Positions 51,601-64,000 of a stretch of DNA of 64,000 bases are shown in pieces. This DNA is from Nemertoderma westbladi (lineage: Eukaryota > Animalia > Xenacoelomorpha). The stretch spans positions 94,371-158,370 of the forward strand of contig JAUCBJ010006781.1 of the NCBI GenBank assembly GCA_032718475.1. Direction: 5' to 3'. The position numbers and the translations under genes were made by a program. Every line of letters begins with the position of its first letter. The first letter of the stretch is position 1. A model generated the notes under the pieces. It worked only from the letters and a program-made list of their open reading frames with translations, was not told the origin of the DNA and did not search any database.

Positions 51601-52025
51601 TGTGTCAAGCTGTCAAGTACAATGCACACATCTCCAACCAGACACTACAGCACTATATATTCAACATTGGAGTTGGAGGTGTCTCATTGGTTCTCCCAAG
51701 CTTGACACTAGAACAAAGCCGCCTCCGCTTTGCAGGACATTGCTATCGCCGTGAGGGAGGACTGCAGCCAGTGCACCTCATGGCAGCATGGAGTGAATAA
51801 GCATGGTGGACAGCCCATGACTTTCTTGAGACGCATCTTTCTTACTGTCTTAAAGGACACTGGCCTTGAAGATGCGGATGATCTAGCAAATGTCATGGGT
51901 GATAAGGCTGTAAGAGTGTAAGGGAGTTGTGGAGGCGCACTTTTGTCAACAAGCCGGCACAGCATTCTTAATAGGGCCTATATATATAATGCAGCTGCAA
52001 TGCAGCATGCCGATTGGAGTAGTAC
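48620..52025 (+). repeat. Local direct duplication: about 48620-50095 versus about 51077-52025
   Basis: Both copies start CAGTCGGTGAGAAGTCAA and share ACTGCATCCCGTATCAGTACAT, the RTE remnant and AAGCCGGCACAGCATTCTTAA; only the first carries the 578-bp insertion. Confidence 0.88.
49122..49699. mobile_element. GC-rich non-autonomous DNA transposon, copy 2
   Basis: Same ends as copy 1; CAGACAC duplicated at 49115-49121 and 49700-49706; empty site in the duplicate near 51640. Confidence 0.9.
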
Positions 52026-53890
52026 AGTACTGAGGACTACGTTGTTATTCAATATAAGTGGATCGGATTGGCGGATGTAGATTCACTAAATGCAAAGCCA
52101 TATTATGATAAAAAAGAAAAATATCTAGATCCACCTATGATTGTAATTGATGATGATTTTCCTGATCTCGATGCGAAGTCGGATATAACGGTTCAAAAAT
52201 GTCAACCTTCAACAAGTGTCAGTAACCTTATAACACTAAGCGACATTGCCAATGATGATACCCTGCAGCCAAATGATCGTTGAGTTGTTACCAATCAATG
52301 TTTTCGTAAACGGGGTATTATTTCTATCAAAGAGAAAAAGAAAATCGGTAATATGTACTTTCACAAGGCTTGTCTTGAAAAAGAAATCGGATTTACTTAT
52401 AATTCGTGCTACATTTTAATGAAAAATATGAAATATTTTGATAACGAAGTTGTTGACTATTTTATTGGTAAAGGTATTATTATTGCTTAAGTTAATGGAA
52501 ATAATTACCGGTAACCTAAGAATACAATGCATCCAATGCTGTAATGCTGTAATGGCCCATGGCTATGGCACTATCTCTGTAACCAGGCTGCCAGGCTGTC
52601 TTAATACTGTAATCAGGTAATGCTTACCGGTACTACTCAGCTACTAAAATATAGAAATATTTACAGCTTTAACTAACCCTAACAATACTGCAATAACGGA
52701 ATACTGGAATACACTACTGCACTACACAGCACTAATACTGTAATCTGTAATCAGGTAATAGGCCTACCAGAATACAGCAATACTGGTACTTTGCGCCTCT
52801 ACCGACTGACCAGTAAAACAAGGATAGTACTGCTGTACTGATACTGCACCGTATGCTGATTGGTTACAGTTCTTTGGTTGCCTGGCAACAAGCTTTCTGG
52901 GCAGTATTAGACTCTTTCAATTTATTTTTTTGCAGCATATAGGTAAAATTTAATGCTGATCAATTTTTTCACTGTTTTCCGTAAGGTTTATAGTGTTTTT
53001 ATAGTGTTTTCCCTATGTTTTACGGTGATTACTTAATGGGTGCTATGTGAGGAGTACATTTAGGATTGTCAATTCAGAGAAGTACATGTGTTAAATTCCC
53101 TGCTGATCAATATTTTCACTGTTTTCCGTGTGTTTTACAGTACTTTTCCTATGTTTTCCTAGTGTTTTACTGTTTTACTAGTGTTTTCCTAATTTAGAAT
53201 CATCCGCCACATACCTACCCTACAGTACCCACCTACAGTACATGTACCAGTTAGTATGTAGTTACTTTGTTTTATGTAGGCCTACCCTTTGTTATGTTGT
53301 AATATATATGGTCTTGCTTTGTATTTTACATTAGTTATCTTGACATTAGTAGTTAATTTTCATATTTATTTCATTCCTTATCCATTTTAGGCCAATACTG
53401 TAGTTTCATTTGTTACATTCTGACATATTTGTTACTTACTGTATATGTGGCGTGAAAAGTAAAACGTAGTATCAAAAAAAGGCGTTCTGTGAAAAACGTA
53501 TTTAAAGTTTTATGATAATGTTTTTTTTTCTTCTTGCAAGACCCTATTGGCTAGAAGGACAGTTTCTAACTCAAAATTTTACGAGGAATCCCAAAATTTT
53601 GATTTAAACCACGTAAACGCAATTCTTTGTTTGCAAATATCTAATGACAGACAGATTGGCAAAATGACGGACAGTCAGACAGGCGGAGGGTCTATATTAC
53701 GTGAAATGTGAAAACTGACATCGGAAATGAAATCACGAACCGAAAAAACCTCTATAGCAAGAATTTTAGTTAGCCTGTATTCTTTCTTAATGTTTGACAG
53801 ACAAACAGACCGGCATCGGCAGACAGAAATATGAATTTGTTGTAACTTAATGATAAAAACTATTTCAGTTGGAGTTTTACACGCCCATAT

Positions 53891-55356
53891 ACAGTTAGGT
53901 ACAATGGCCAAATCTGGCAACCTCAAAAGTTGCCACATATGGCAATGTTTATTGCCAAATCTGGCAACTTTTGGTTTTTCTAATTTTCGCACGCCCAGAA
54001 GTAAAATCGCATTTTGGTAAATAGTTAAGTGAAAAGAGCGCGAAATTTAAATATAATTGACCGTATAAGAAAAAAATCATCGTCTGAATTCCTCTTAGCA
54101 ATAGGCCGAAATGTGCCTAAAATAATTATTGCCATTTTTGGCAACCATTAGAATTAAAGAAAAATAATGGTTGCCATTTTTGGCAACAATTATTATTGTG
54201 CAGCCCTGTCAGTAACCCTGTCATTGTAAATTACTTCAAAATTGCTTACTGCTGTACTGCTTGCTTACCCTTGTCGAGTTGTGATATATATAAACATTAG
54301 GCCTATTAGTTGATGAAATGTCAGAATGTTGGCCTATTTGATATGTTGTTAATATGTTAATGGACATATGGATGAGTCTGTAAAAGATACCGTACTGGTC
54401 AGCTGGTAGATTGGTATAGGCCCTATCTGCCTATGGTATAGGCATAAACAAATCTAAAGAATCACATGCTTCAAAGGCTGAAATGGAAATAAACGTAATA
54501 ATATTTGACAACGTCAGAACGTTAACATCACCAAAACAGCAAAAGGCAGCAAGAAGGCATTCAAGTTTGAGAAACGGCGTGACGGAAGAAAAATAGTGAC
54601 AAAATTGAGAAAGACTGATAAAACCAAAACGCGTGTTAACAAGTTAACTAAGTTAATGGATTCAACAAATTGTTTCTAGTAGGGTAGGCCCTAATCCAGT
54701 GTAATCAGCTAATGAAAAACGGGATGAAATTATTTTCATTATATGTCTGTATGTAGTCGGCTATGTACTGATGTAGGAATGGAAAGATAGATATACTGAA
54801 CTGATATAGAGTGAAGGATGATTTAGATTGCTGGGCAATTGTATCAGCATTACACAGTTACAATCTTTAACTACTAAACTATTATTGGTACAAACAACAA
54901 TCAACCACCTCCCCAAGCAGCGCCAGAGATTACTAGCAAAAATGTCAAAAAAACTATCACCAGTCAGTCTGTGTTTGTGTTATTGACTCTCATTCTCACC
55001 TCATTTATTAGGATATATTGCTGTATTGGTTAGAACTTAGAATATGCCACTACTGGCTGACTGGCTGACCGGTATAAGTATAACCTGTAACCTGGCCCTA
55101 CCCCTTTGCCTTTTTTCTAGGCCTAACATTAACATTTCAGGATCTAAGGAATGACCATACTGCCATAGAAGGACTTAATGACGTAGAACCATATGCCATA
55201 TAATCCATATTCAATGAGTTAGTTAAGTTGCCAAATATGGCAACAACGGCTTTATATAGTTGCCAAATTAGGCAATCAGAAATGTTGCCAAATTTTGCTT
55301 GGTTGCCAAATATGGCAATCACAATCATTGCCAGATTTGGCCATTGTACCTAACTG
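53891..55356. mobile_element. Non-autonomous DNA transposon with perfect 29-bp TIR
   Basis: CAGTTAGGTACAATGGCCAAATCTGGCAA ... TTGCCAGATTTGGCCATTGTACCTAACTG; subterminal TTGCCA/TGGCAA repeats; ATATA on both flanks. Confidence 0.88.
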
Positions 55357-55501
55357 ATATAATGCAACCAAGGTACCATATACCAAGGTACCGGTACTGC
55401 AGTACTGCCGGCTACTGCAGTAGTGAGTTGAAACTCTGTAATTATCAGATTAATGTAGTTGGTTCGATTTAGTAGTACGATAGAGCTTGTTGTTGTTGCG
55501 A

Positions 55502-55537
55502 ACCCTGAGGATGCCCCGAGGGGCGAAATTAATTGGT
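55502..55537 (+). ncRNA. Minimal type I hammerhead ribozyme motif (Penelope-like element type)
   Basis: ACC-CTGAGGA-T-GCCC-CGAG-GGGC-GAAA-TTAA-TT-GGT: core CUGANGA and GAAA, 4-bp stem II, palindromic stem III, UH site, stem I ACC/GGT. Confidence 0.75.
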
Positions 55538-57404
55538 AATTGAATTATATTTTATTGATATTATACATTACTGCATTATATGGGCGTGTAAAACTCCAAC
55601 TGAAATAGTTTTTATCATTAAGTTACAACAATAATATGAACGCCCTGAAGACGGCATGTCGTTATTTAAGCAATTTCAAAGAAATATGAATGGATGTCGA
55701 GTGTCGTTTTGAACTCTGAACTCGTTTTGAAGAAATTATGAGCGATTACCCTTCAGTTTTAGTAAAAATTACTCCAAAATGGAAAATTATAGAAGGTAAG
55801 TATTATATACAGTACCACTAGATAGCCCGAAAAATTCTTTTTTGGTATTAGATTTGATTTGTTTTTTGGTATTAATCATGCCTTATTATCATATCTATAC
55901 AGCAGTATATACTTAGTTATATATCTCGTTAGACTGGTGCGATTGGCTGTAGGCCTATCATATGTTACTCATTCTCCATTTAATCCATGCAATAATTAAA
56001 TATGGGGTATATCACTAATATAAAATATTATCTCCCATTCATTAAGATTATTTATATTATTATACATACAAGTAATTTTTACCTTATACAGTACAACGAA
56101 TAAAAATTCGCAACCTTGTTATATTTCATGTTATATTAATTCCAAACATGTGTTGGCTGACTATTTATTGCACTATCCACTATCCTGCCACTATCGTTTT
56201 ACAGTTTTGGTTCAGCCGTTTTCAAATTATAACAATTAATATAAAAAATCCCATGTGGGGCAGCCTCGAATCTATCAATGCTGACGTCTCCCTTAGATAC
56301 ATCCTCATAGAGAACCATTGCACTCCGGTTGAGTTGATTGACACTTTGACACTGGGGCGGATTAAGGTGTAGGTGAACTGGTTCAAACAGGGGACAATTG
56401 CATGAATACACAGCGACAAACCGGGGACGATCTACAATCCGGGGACGTCCCCGGAATGAAATGATATCAAAAATGGAATCTACGTACTAAAATTAATGGA
56501 TTCTGAAAATTTCAGATCATTTCGGCGATGTCCCCTGTTCCACCCAAACCTGTCAAATACGTGTGTAAATTTGTGTTTGAGTTTTGAAAATTTCACTGAC
56601 CCCAGTATAATGCGATAGTTTCAAGTGTCCCCTTTTCCATACAGTTAATATAACATTCCAAACACACGTTGTAGTATGGGTGCTGTTGTTCAATGTGGGG
56701 ACTGGAATCTACAATGTAATTAATATTTTGTGATCTAATTTAACATTTTGACCAATCGCAGCAGTATGTGTGGCATGGTTCAAAATGGGGACTAGGAATT
56801 CATTGTCACCTAAAAAGTAGAGATTAATTTTAAGTAAGTCGAATATATATGTCGAATGTGCCAATTTGGAAATCAAATACTTTAGTAATCGTGTTTTAAA
56901 GCAGAATGGCGCCCGAATCGCTCGAATATATAATTTTATGACAAATTTTCCTGATAAACAACTTGATATACATTTGCAATATACAATTGAAAGTGGTTCA
57001 TGAAGGACATTCATTAAGAACGTTACGTTTCGTTTTCTTGCTATAAATTGTATTACCGGATTCTGACTCAAATTCAAATTCAGTTACTTGGAAATACATC
57101 CATATCATCTTTACCAGAAACATTTTCCGAATCACTATGCCTATCAGAATTGCATAGATTGTTTTTATCTTCTTGAGAATCACCACAGACCATGTCACAG
57201 TTACTCAATGCCGGATTGCTGACATGTTGCTCACTGATGCAATCTGCAAGTTCAGCATAGTTGCTGCACCATGTAAACTCCTTAACAATATCAAGAACAT
57301 TGGTGGTTGTCAAATCTGATGTATCAAATAAGTCATGCCATAAACGCATGGTTTGCATAACATCAACAGACGCAGTTAACCTTGCCCCCAAACCCTATCC
57401 TCCT

Positions 57405-59452
57405 CCAACGACCCTGCCCCACCCACTCCTTCAACATCCAACGACCTCGTCCCACCCACTCCTACAACCTCGGACAACCCTGCCCCACCCATTCCTTCAA
57501 CATCCGACAACCCTGCCCCACTCACTCCTTTAAACTCCGACAGCACTGCCCCACCCATTCCTTTAAACTCCGACGACCCTACCCCACCCACTCCTTCAAA
57601 CTCCAATGACCCTGCCCCACCCACTCCTTCGACATCCGACAACCCTGCCCCACTCACTACTTAAAACTCCGACAACCCAGCCCCACACACTCCTTTAAAC
57701 ACCGACAGCACTGCCCCACCCATTCCTTTAAACTCCGACGACCCTGCCCCACCCACTCCTTTAAACTCCAATAACCCTGCCCCACCCACTCCTTCGACAT
57801 CCGACAACCCTGCTCCACTCACTACTTAAAACCCCGACAACCCTGCCCCACCCACTCCTTTAAACTCCGACAACCCTGCCCCACCCACTCCTTTAAACTC
57901 CGACAACCCTGCCCCAGCCACTCCTTTAAACTCCAATGACCCTGCCCCATCCACTCCTTTAAACTCCGACAACCCTGTCCTACTCACTCCTTTAAACTCC
58001 AATGACCCTGCCCCACCCACTCCTTCAACCTCCAACGAGCCTGCCTCACCCACTCCTTCGACCTCCGACAACCATGCCCCACTCACTCCTTTAAACTCCG
58101 ACAACCCTGCCCCACCCACTCCTTCAACCTCCAACGACCCTGCCCCACCCACTCTTTCAACCTTCAACGACCCTGCGCCACCCACTCCTTCAACCTCCAA
58201 CGAGCCTGCCTCACCCACTCCTTCGACCTCCGACAACCATGCCCCACCCACTCCTTAAAACTCCGACAACCCTGCCCCACCCACTCCTTTAAACTCCAAC
58301 AACCCTACCCCACCCACTCCTTTAAACTCCAATGACCCTGCCCCATCCACTCCTTTAAACTCCGACAACCCTGCCCCACTCACTCCTTTAAACTCAAATG
58401 ACCCTGCCCCACCCACTCCTTCGACCTCCGACAACCCTGCCCCACTCACTCCTTTAAACTCAGACGACCCTGCCCCACCCCCTCCTTTAAACTCCATTGA
58501 CCCTGCTCCATCCACTCCTTCAACCTCCGACAACCCTGCCCCACTCACTCCTTTAAACTCAGACGACCCTGCCCCACTCACTCCTTTAAACTCAGACGAC
58601 CCTGCCCCACCCCCTCCTTTAAACTCCATTGACCCTGCCCCACCCACTCCTTTAAACTCCAACGACCCTGCCCCACCCACTCTTTCAACCTTCAACGACC
58701 CTGCGCCACCCACTCCTTCAACCTTCAACGACCCTGCCCCACCCACTCCTTAAAACTCCGACAACCCTGCCCCACCCACTCCTTTAAACTCCAACAACCC
58801 TACCCCACCCACTCCTTTAAACTCCAATGACCCTGCCCCATCCACTCCTTTAAACTCCGACAACCCTGCCCCACTCACTCCTTTAAACTCAAATGACCCT
58901 GCCCCACCCACTCCTTCGACCTCCGACAACCCTGCCCCACTCACTCCTTTAAACTCAGACGACCCTGCCCCACCCCCTCCTTTAAACTCCATTGACCCTG
59001 CTCCATCCACTCCTTCAACCTCCGACAACCCTGCCCCACTCACTCTTTTAAACTCCGACAACCCTGCCCCACCCACTCCTTTAAACTCCAACAACCCTAC
59101 CCCACCCACTCCTTTAAACTCCAATGACCCTGCCCCACTCACTCCTTTAAACTCAAATGACCCTGCCCCACCCACTCCTTCGACCTCCGACAACCCTGCC
59201 CCACTCACTCCTTTAAACTCAGACGACCCTGCCCCACCCCCTCCTTTAAACTCCATTGACCCTGCTCCATCCACTCCTTCAACCTCCGACAACCCTGCCC
59301 CACTCACTCCTTTAAACTCAGACGACCCTGCCCCACTCACTCCTTTAAACTCAGACGACCCTGCCCCACCCCCTCCTTTAAACTCCATTGACCCTGCCCC
59401 ACCCACTCCTTTAAACTCCAACGACCCAGCCCCACCCACTTCTTTAACCTTC
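57405..59452. repeat. 33-bp C-rich minisatellite (about 62 copies), mostly open on the minus strand as 11-aa GVGGAGSLEFK-type repeats
   Basis: Unit ACCCTGCCCCACCCACTCCTTTAAACTCCGACA and variants. Confidence 0.95.
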
Positions 59453-59929
59453 AATATCGCTCTGTATCTCTGCTTTATTATCCAATCTTCTAGTTGCTCT
59501 GCTTCTTTTTGGGTAAGATTTGATAACTTCCGTGTTATTTCTCTTTCTTCTTCTTGTATTCAATACCTTTTCTCCTTCCTTTTCAACCCCATAAACACGT
59601 TAGCATCCATGTATTTACAATTATTTTATACATGGATTTTATTTACTATTAATACACTTTGTAAAAAGTAGCACTTTTTAGAGGTCGGCCAGAGTGTGTT
59701 TATTATCTGAACGAAGCGAGTGTTATAAAATGTCATAACGCTATAAAGTGCTTCTTTCTTATAAGTATGTTTGTAATTTTCTCCAATTATCAACTTTACA
59801 CATAGAAACTTGTTTGCACTTAACTTGAAATTGTGAATCCCAGGCATAACCAAGAAAGTTCAACTTTTTGATCCTATGAAATTTTTCTAGAACTGTACAA
59901 AGTTGATATAATTAGAGAAAAACACTTAC

Positions 59930-62505
59930 GGCCCCGGTAGCAGATTTTTATCAAGATTCCAAGTTTGAAAACCGTTTAGCAAGATCTGTCCTACTTCTCG
60001 AGATATTGCTGTCTGTCCGTTTTACTGTCGGTTTGTCCGTCAGTATGTCTGACCTGAACGTCAATAAAAAACATACGATCTGTCTAATAAAATTCTCTGT
60101 GTGGGTTTTCGTGGTCGGTGACTTCATTTCTGATGTCATTAATCAAATTTGGCCTCGTTGGTTCTGTCTGTATGCCTGTCAGTCTGTCTGTCAAAATATA
60201 ACCGACAGTCTGACAGCCAAACAGACAATTTGGATGTCATCAAAATGTTAATATTGACACTGGAAATGAATTCTGCGACCAGGAAAACCCCTATAACTAA
60301 ACTTTTAGCTCAATGCTGTGCCTTTTCCTAATACAGATAAGTCGGATGGTCAGAAAGACCGACAGACAGACATTCAGACAAACTAGATTTCATTAAAATT
60401 GAGAACTGACCTCAAAAATGAAATCAGCGATCAGGAAAACCCCCATAGCAAAATTCTTAGCATGGTTTTATGCTTTCTTGTTGATAGATATATATTGACA
60501 GACTTTCTCACATATTAACAGACAATTTTGGCGCGGGAAGTTTCAAATTTTAACCCTTTGGGCACCAGGCGCTAAAAAAACACTCCCGCTACTGTCCCAA
60601 CATTTTAGGGTAAAAAACTGATTTTTTTTAAATCGTCATATCTTTACCTGTGTTGGTCGTAGAAGTGAAAATTTTTGTTATTTGGAATCAGCATAAAATT
60701 CTACACCTGAAATTACTTAAATTTTAATTTTTTTTTACATTTTTGGTGTAAAAAATTAAATTTTTAAAAAAATTTAATTTTTTACAATTTTGAATTTTTT
60801 GTTTTTTTTTCCTTTGTCCTTTTTTCCATTCTTGTTTCCTTCTCAATCTTTTCAACGTCGGATTGTTCGAAGTTGAGTTCTCCCCCAGCACTTTCTCCGA
60901 GATTACCGGGATCTAGAATCTTCCATATATCTGCAGGCGGTTGCAAAGTCGGAGTGTTTGTAATTGCAGGTACTTGCCGGTACCGGTACCGGTACATCTA
61001 CGTCTACGTCTACATCCTCAATATCATCTTCTTCCTCTGAATCATTAGTGGAGAGGATATCTGATGCATCACTCCCTTCTTCATCATCTGAATCGATACA
61101 ACTATCGCTACTGTGACTTTCAATATCATAGCCATAGCAACAGGGAGGCTTCCTGGGTCTCCGTGGGTAACGATCCATTATACCATTGTTAGTCTATAGG
61201 CCTACTAGGCCCAACCAGTAAAATGACTACAGACCTGACTAACCCTAAAGCTTATCCAAAACTAAAACGACCCATGCCACTGGATATTACACTAAAATTT
61301 TGAAACTATAACTTAGGGTTAGGATTACATCACAATTTTATTTAGGGTCAAGTCCTCACTACAGACCTAACCAAAACAATAAACTAAATAGACCCACACT
61401 ACCCAATAGGCCTATTACAAAATAATTCCTTATTATGCCTACCGTAATACAGTAATAAAATGCAGCAGTGATATGGATAAGAACACTGAACAGTAACCCT
61501 AAAAAGCTGTTGATACAATATTTTCAATTTGTTGAAAATATTGACGGCTAACCAAAATACTAAACCAAAAACACATGTAACTGTTAACAGGAACAACAGA
61601 CAGACTGTCAGACAAATGCCACTCTTATCATACATACTGCAATAGGCTGACTAAACGACAAGAAAATAGGTAGCATGCAAACCAAAACAGATATGAGATA
61701 CGGTAAATAAGGACGGCCACCAAATCCTCAACACTACTGGCCTACTGCCTACTGACTGGCACAGAATGGTTTAAATTTCCCGCTACCTAGAGTGAAGTGT
61801 GCTGAAATATCTCCCAACTGTCCCAGGTACCTAAATAACACATCAGCTGGTGAACCAGTATCAAAGGACATTGCTAAGGAACAGTATAACTTAATGGCAT
61901 ATATGTATGCCATGGGACACCAGATGGTGGCATAGTATTATGCCATGGTGCCCAAAGGGTTAAAGGCAATTATCTCGGAATGGTATTTTTTTGCACAAAA
62001 ATAGCTTCAGACAATTCAATTTTCAATAAATTTTCAAAAATTTTGCTCAGAGGGGTTCTCTGATGTGCTCTCTTCAGATATCTCGACCTCGAATTCTGAT
62101 TGTTTTATTCCAATATGGAAATAAATGGCCAAAATGGAATAAAATATTGATAATTTTTAATTTGTCAAAATTAAACAATAAACAAAACAAAAAACAGCAC
62201 CAAAATGACAATTGTTAATTAATTTTCGATATTTTGCTTCGAGATATCGAAAGAGCATACAAACATTTGAAAAATTACAGTAGAAAGAAAAATACTCAAG
62301 ATTGAATCTGCTGAATTTTTTTGGATTTTTATCCAAAAATTTGGTAATATTTTTCCAAATTTTTGAAAAATTTGAATTATTTATTTTTATTCATAATTAC
62401 AAATCTTCCATTGACCTTCATACAAAGTTATGGTCATTTCTGACAATGAGAAGTTGCTCTAACAAGGCAATATAAAAATTATGTCCATGTAGCGCTACCG
62501 GGGCC
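59930..62505. mobile_element. Non-autonomous DNA transposon, Kolobok-like ends
   Basis: TIR GGCCCCGGTAGC / GCTACCGGGGCC flanked by TTAC (left) and TTAA (right). Confidence 0.6.
60554..61959 (-). mobile_element. Internally deleted piggyBac element, nested
   Basis: TTAA|CCCTTTGGGCACCA ... TGGTGCCCAAAGGG|TTAA; retains an acidic ORF start (61178-60903, DSDDEEGSDASD...SEEEDDIED) like piggyBac transposase N-termini; no catalytic core. Confidence 0.88.
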
Positions 62506-63621
62506 TTAAAATAATACCTAGGCCAACGTATCGTGTGTTTTCATTCTTATGTATTTAGTACTAAAGAATTTAACTTGCTTAGTACCCTATCCTACTTGAT
62601 ATGTTCATGCAATCATATGTATTCAAAAATATACATTACATACGGATTACACAGGATTACGTTGTACCTGATTCATACCGGGGACAATTGCATGAATACA
62701 CAACAACAAACCGGGGACGATTTACAATCCGGGGACGTCCCCGGAATGAATTTGTAGCTAAAATGAAATCTACATCAACATCATTTTTTCTAAATATTCA
62801 GAAAGAAATAAATGAATCGCTTATTAAAATATAAATTTTAGAAACGAAATAATACATGTATTGTTTTCTTCTTATATATTAAGTAATTCAGAATTATAGC
62901 ATTTAATTATATTATCTGACTGTATTAATGTTACGAACATCATGTAGGCCTAGTCAATAATATACTATTAGGCACTACATACTGCGAAATTAAATGAATG
63001 TTTCTAGGTTTAGTTAATTATTTATTTCAAGTTGATTGGTTATTTTGATTATTATCACAAATAGCAATAAAAATATTAAAATATTTAGTTAAAATTGGTA
63101 GCAAAAATGAAATCTACGTATTGTTTCCTCACATCAAAATCATATTGCAGAATTAGTTACGAATACAAGGATTTTAAGATTATGGCTGCCCATTGAACCC
63201 TTTCCATTTCTCAAGAATATTCCAGAACATTATTTGTTATCCAATCACATATCGTCTGACACGGCAGCACATTGATTAATGTTTAACATTCGGTAGAGTT
63301 AATGATTGTGTAAACTATACCTGAAATGTGCTCAATCACACTGGGGACCGGGTCGTGATTGGACAAAAACTTAAACACACCAGAGAAATGTGTATGTTTG
63401 AGGTCCTCACTTCAACCCATGAGTAACAAATTAGCAATCTTTAGAGTTGATAAATTTTGAAACAATAGAATAACGTAAAATTTATTAAGTAAAATCTATT
63501 GGTGCCAAAATAATTTAATTTAAACCAAGAATAAAGAAGTTATAAGGGAATCAATATCGACCCCAAAACCGACCGATAGAAATAACGGTCCCCAGAATGG
63601 GGGTTGTACAAAGAGGGGTGG

Positions 63622-63652
<31 letters not shown>

Positions 63653-63839
63653 GGGGGGGGCAACAGGGGAAGCTGCCGCCGCCCGTAAGTTGGAAGGGGC
63701 CCGCAAGTTCGGATAAATTTACCGCACATTAATGGTAATAAGTGAATTGTTGTGGGGCGAGTGACGCGGTGAATTAAATTATTATTTTATAATGTAAATA
63801 GGACAATATGATAATGCTCTTCATAGCGAAAAATATCAA

Positions 63840-63927
63840 CCGGCCCTATTGGGGCTCGAACCCGGTACCTAGGTTTCAAACTTCTGGTTATCATCAGCCA
63901 GGTGAGTGTACTGAGCTACCAGGCCGG
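63840..63927 (-). mobile_element. tRNA-derived SINE head or tRNA-like pseudogene
   Basis: Minus strand CCGGCCTGGTAGCTCAGT (A box-like) ... GGGTTCGAGCCCC (B box) ... AGGGCCGG; D and anticodon arms irregular. Confidence 0.6.
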
Positions 63928-64000
63928 ATGAATATTTCGTTATGGAGTGGGAGATCATATTTATTTAGGCCAACTAATCACTCAAAGTAAAGTACAACTT

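Noticed and set aside
55644-55665. Second hammerhead at CTGAAGA
   Set aside because: No GAAA after the putative stem II.

Overview
AT-rich, repeat-dense animal (probably invertebrate) nuclear DNA with spliceosomal introns; nothing prokaryotic. Host genes: the long last coding exon of an SLC44 choline transporter-like gene (+), four phase-consistent exons of a mitochondrial uncoupling protein gene (-, 5' exons not found), and two large exons of a ZNF532/592/687-like C2H2 zinc-finger gene (-). The rest is minisatellites, MITEs, LINE remnants, piggyBac/Kolobok-like derivatives and a Penelope-like remnant with a minimal hammerhead. Most notable: (1) three unrelated intronic tandem arrays (71, 29 and 39 bp units) whose unit is a copy of the adjacent 3' splice junction, giving up to about 200 decoy acceptors per intron; (2) a zinc-finger intron whose donor and branch point lie in the two arms of a transposon-like inverted repeat; (3) an intact, polyadenylated, TSD-flanked single-ORF retroposon encoding a Ulp1/SENP-type protease with no reverse transcriptase. 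All protein and element family calls are from recalled motifs, not database searches.
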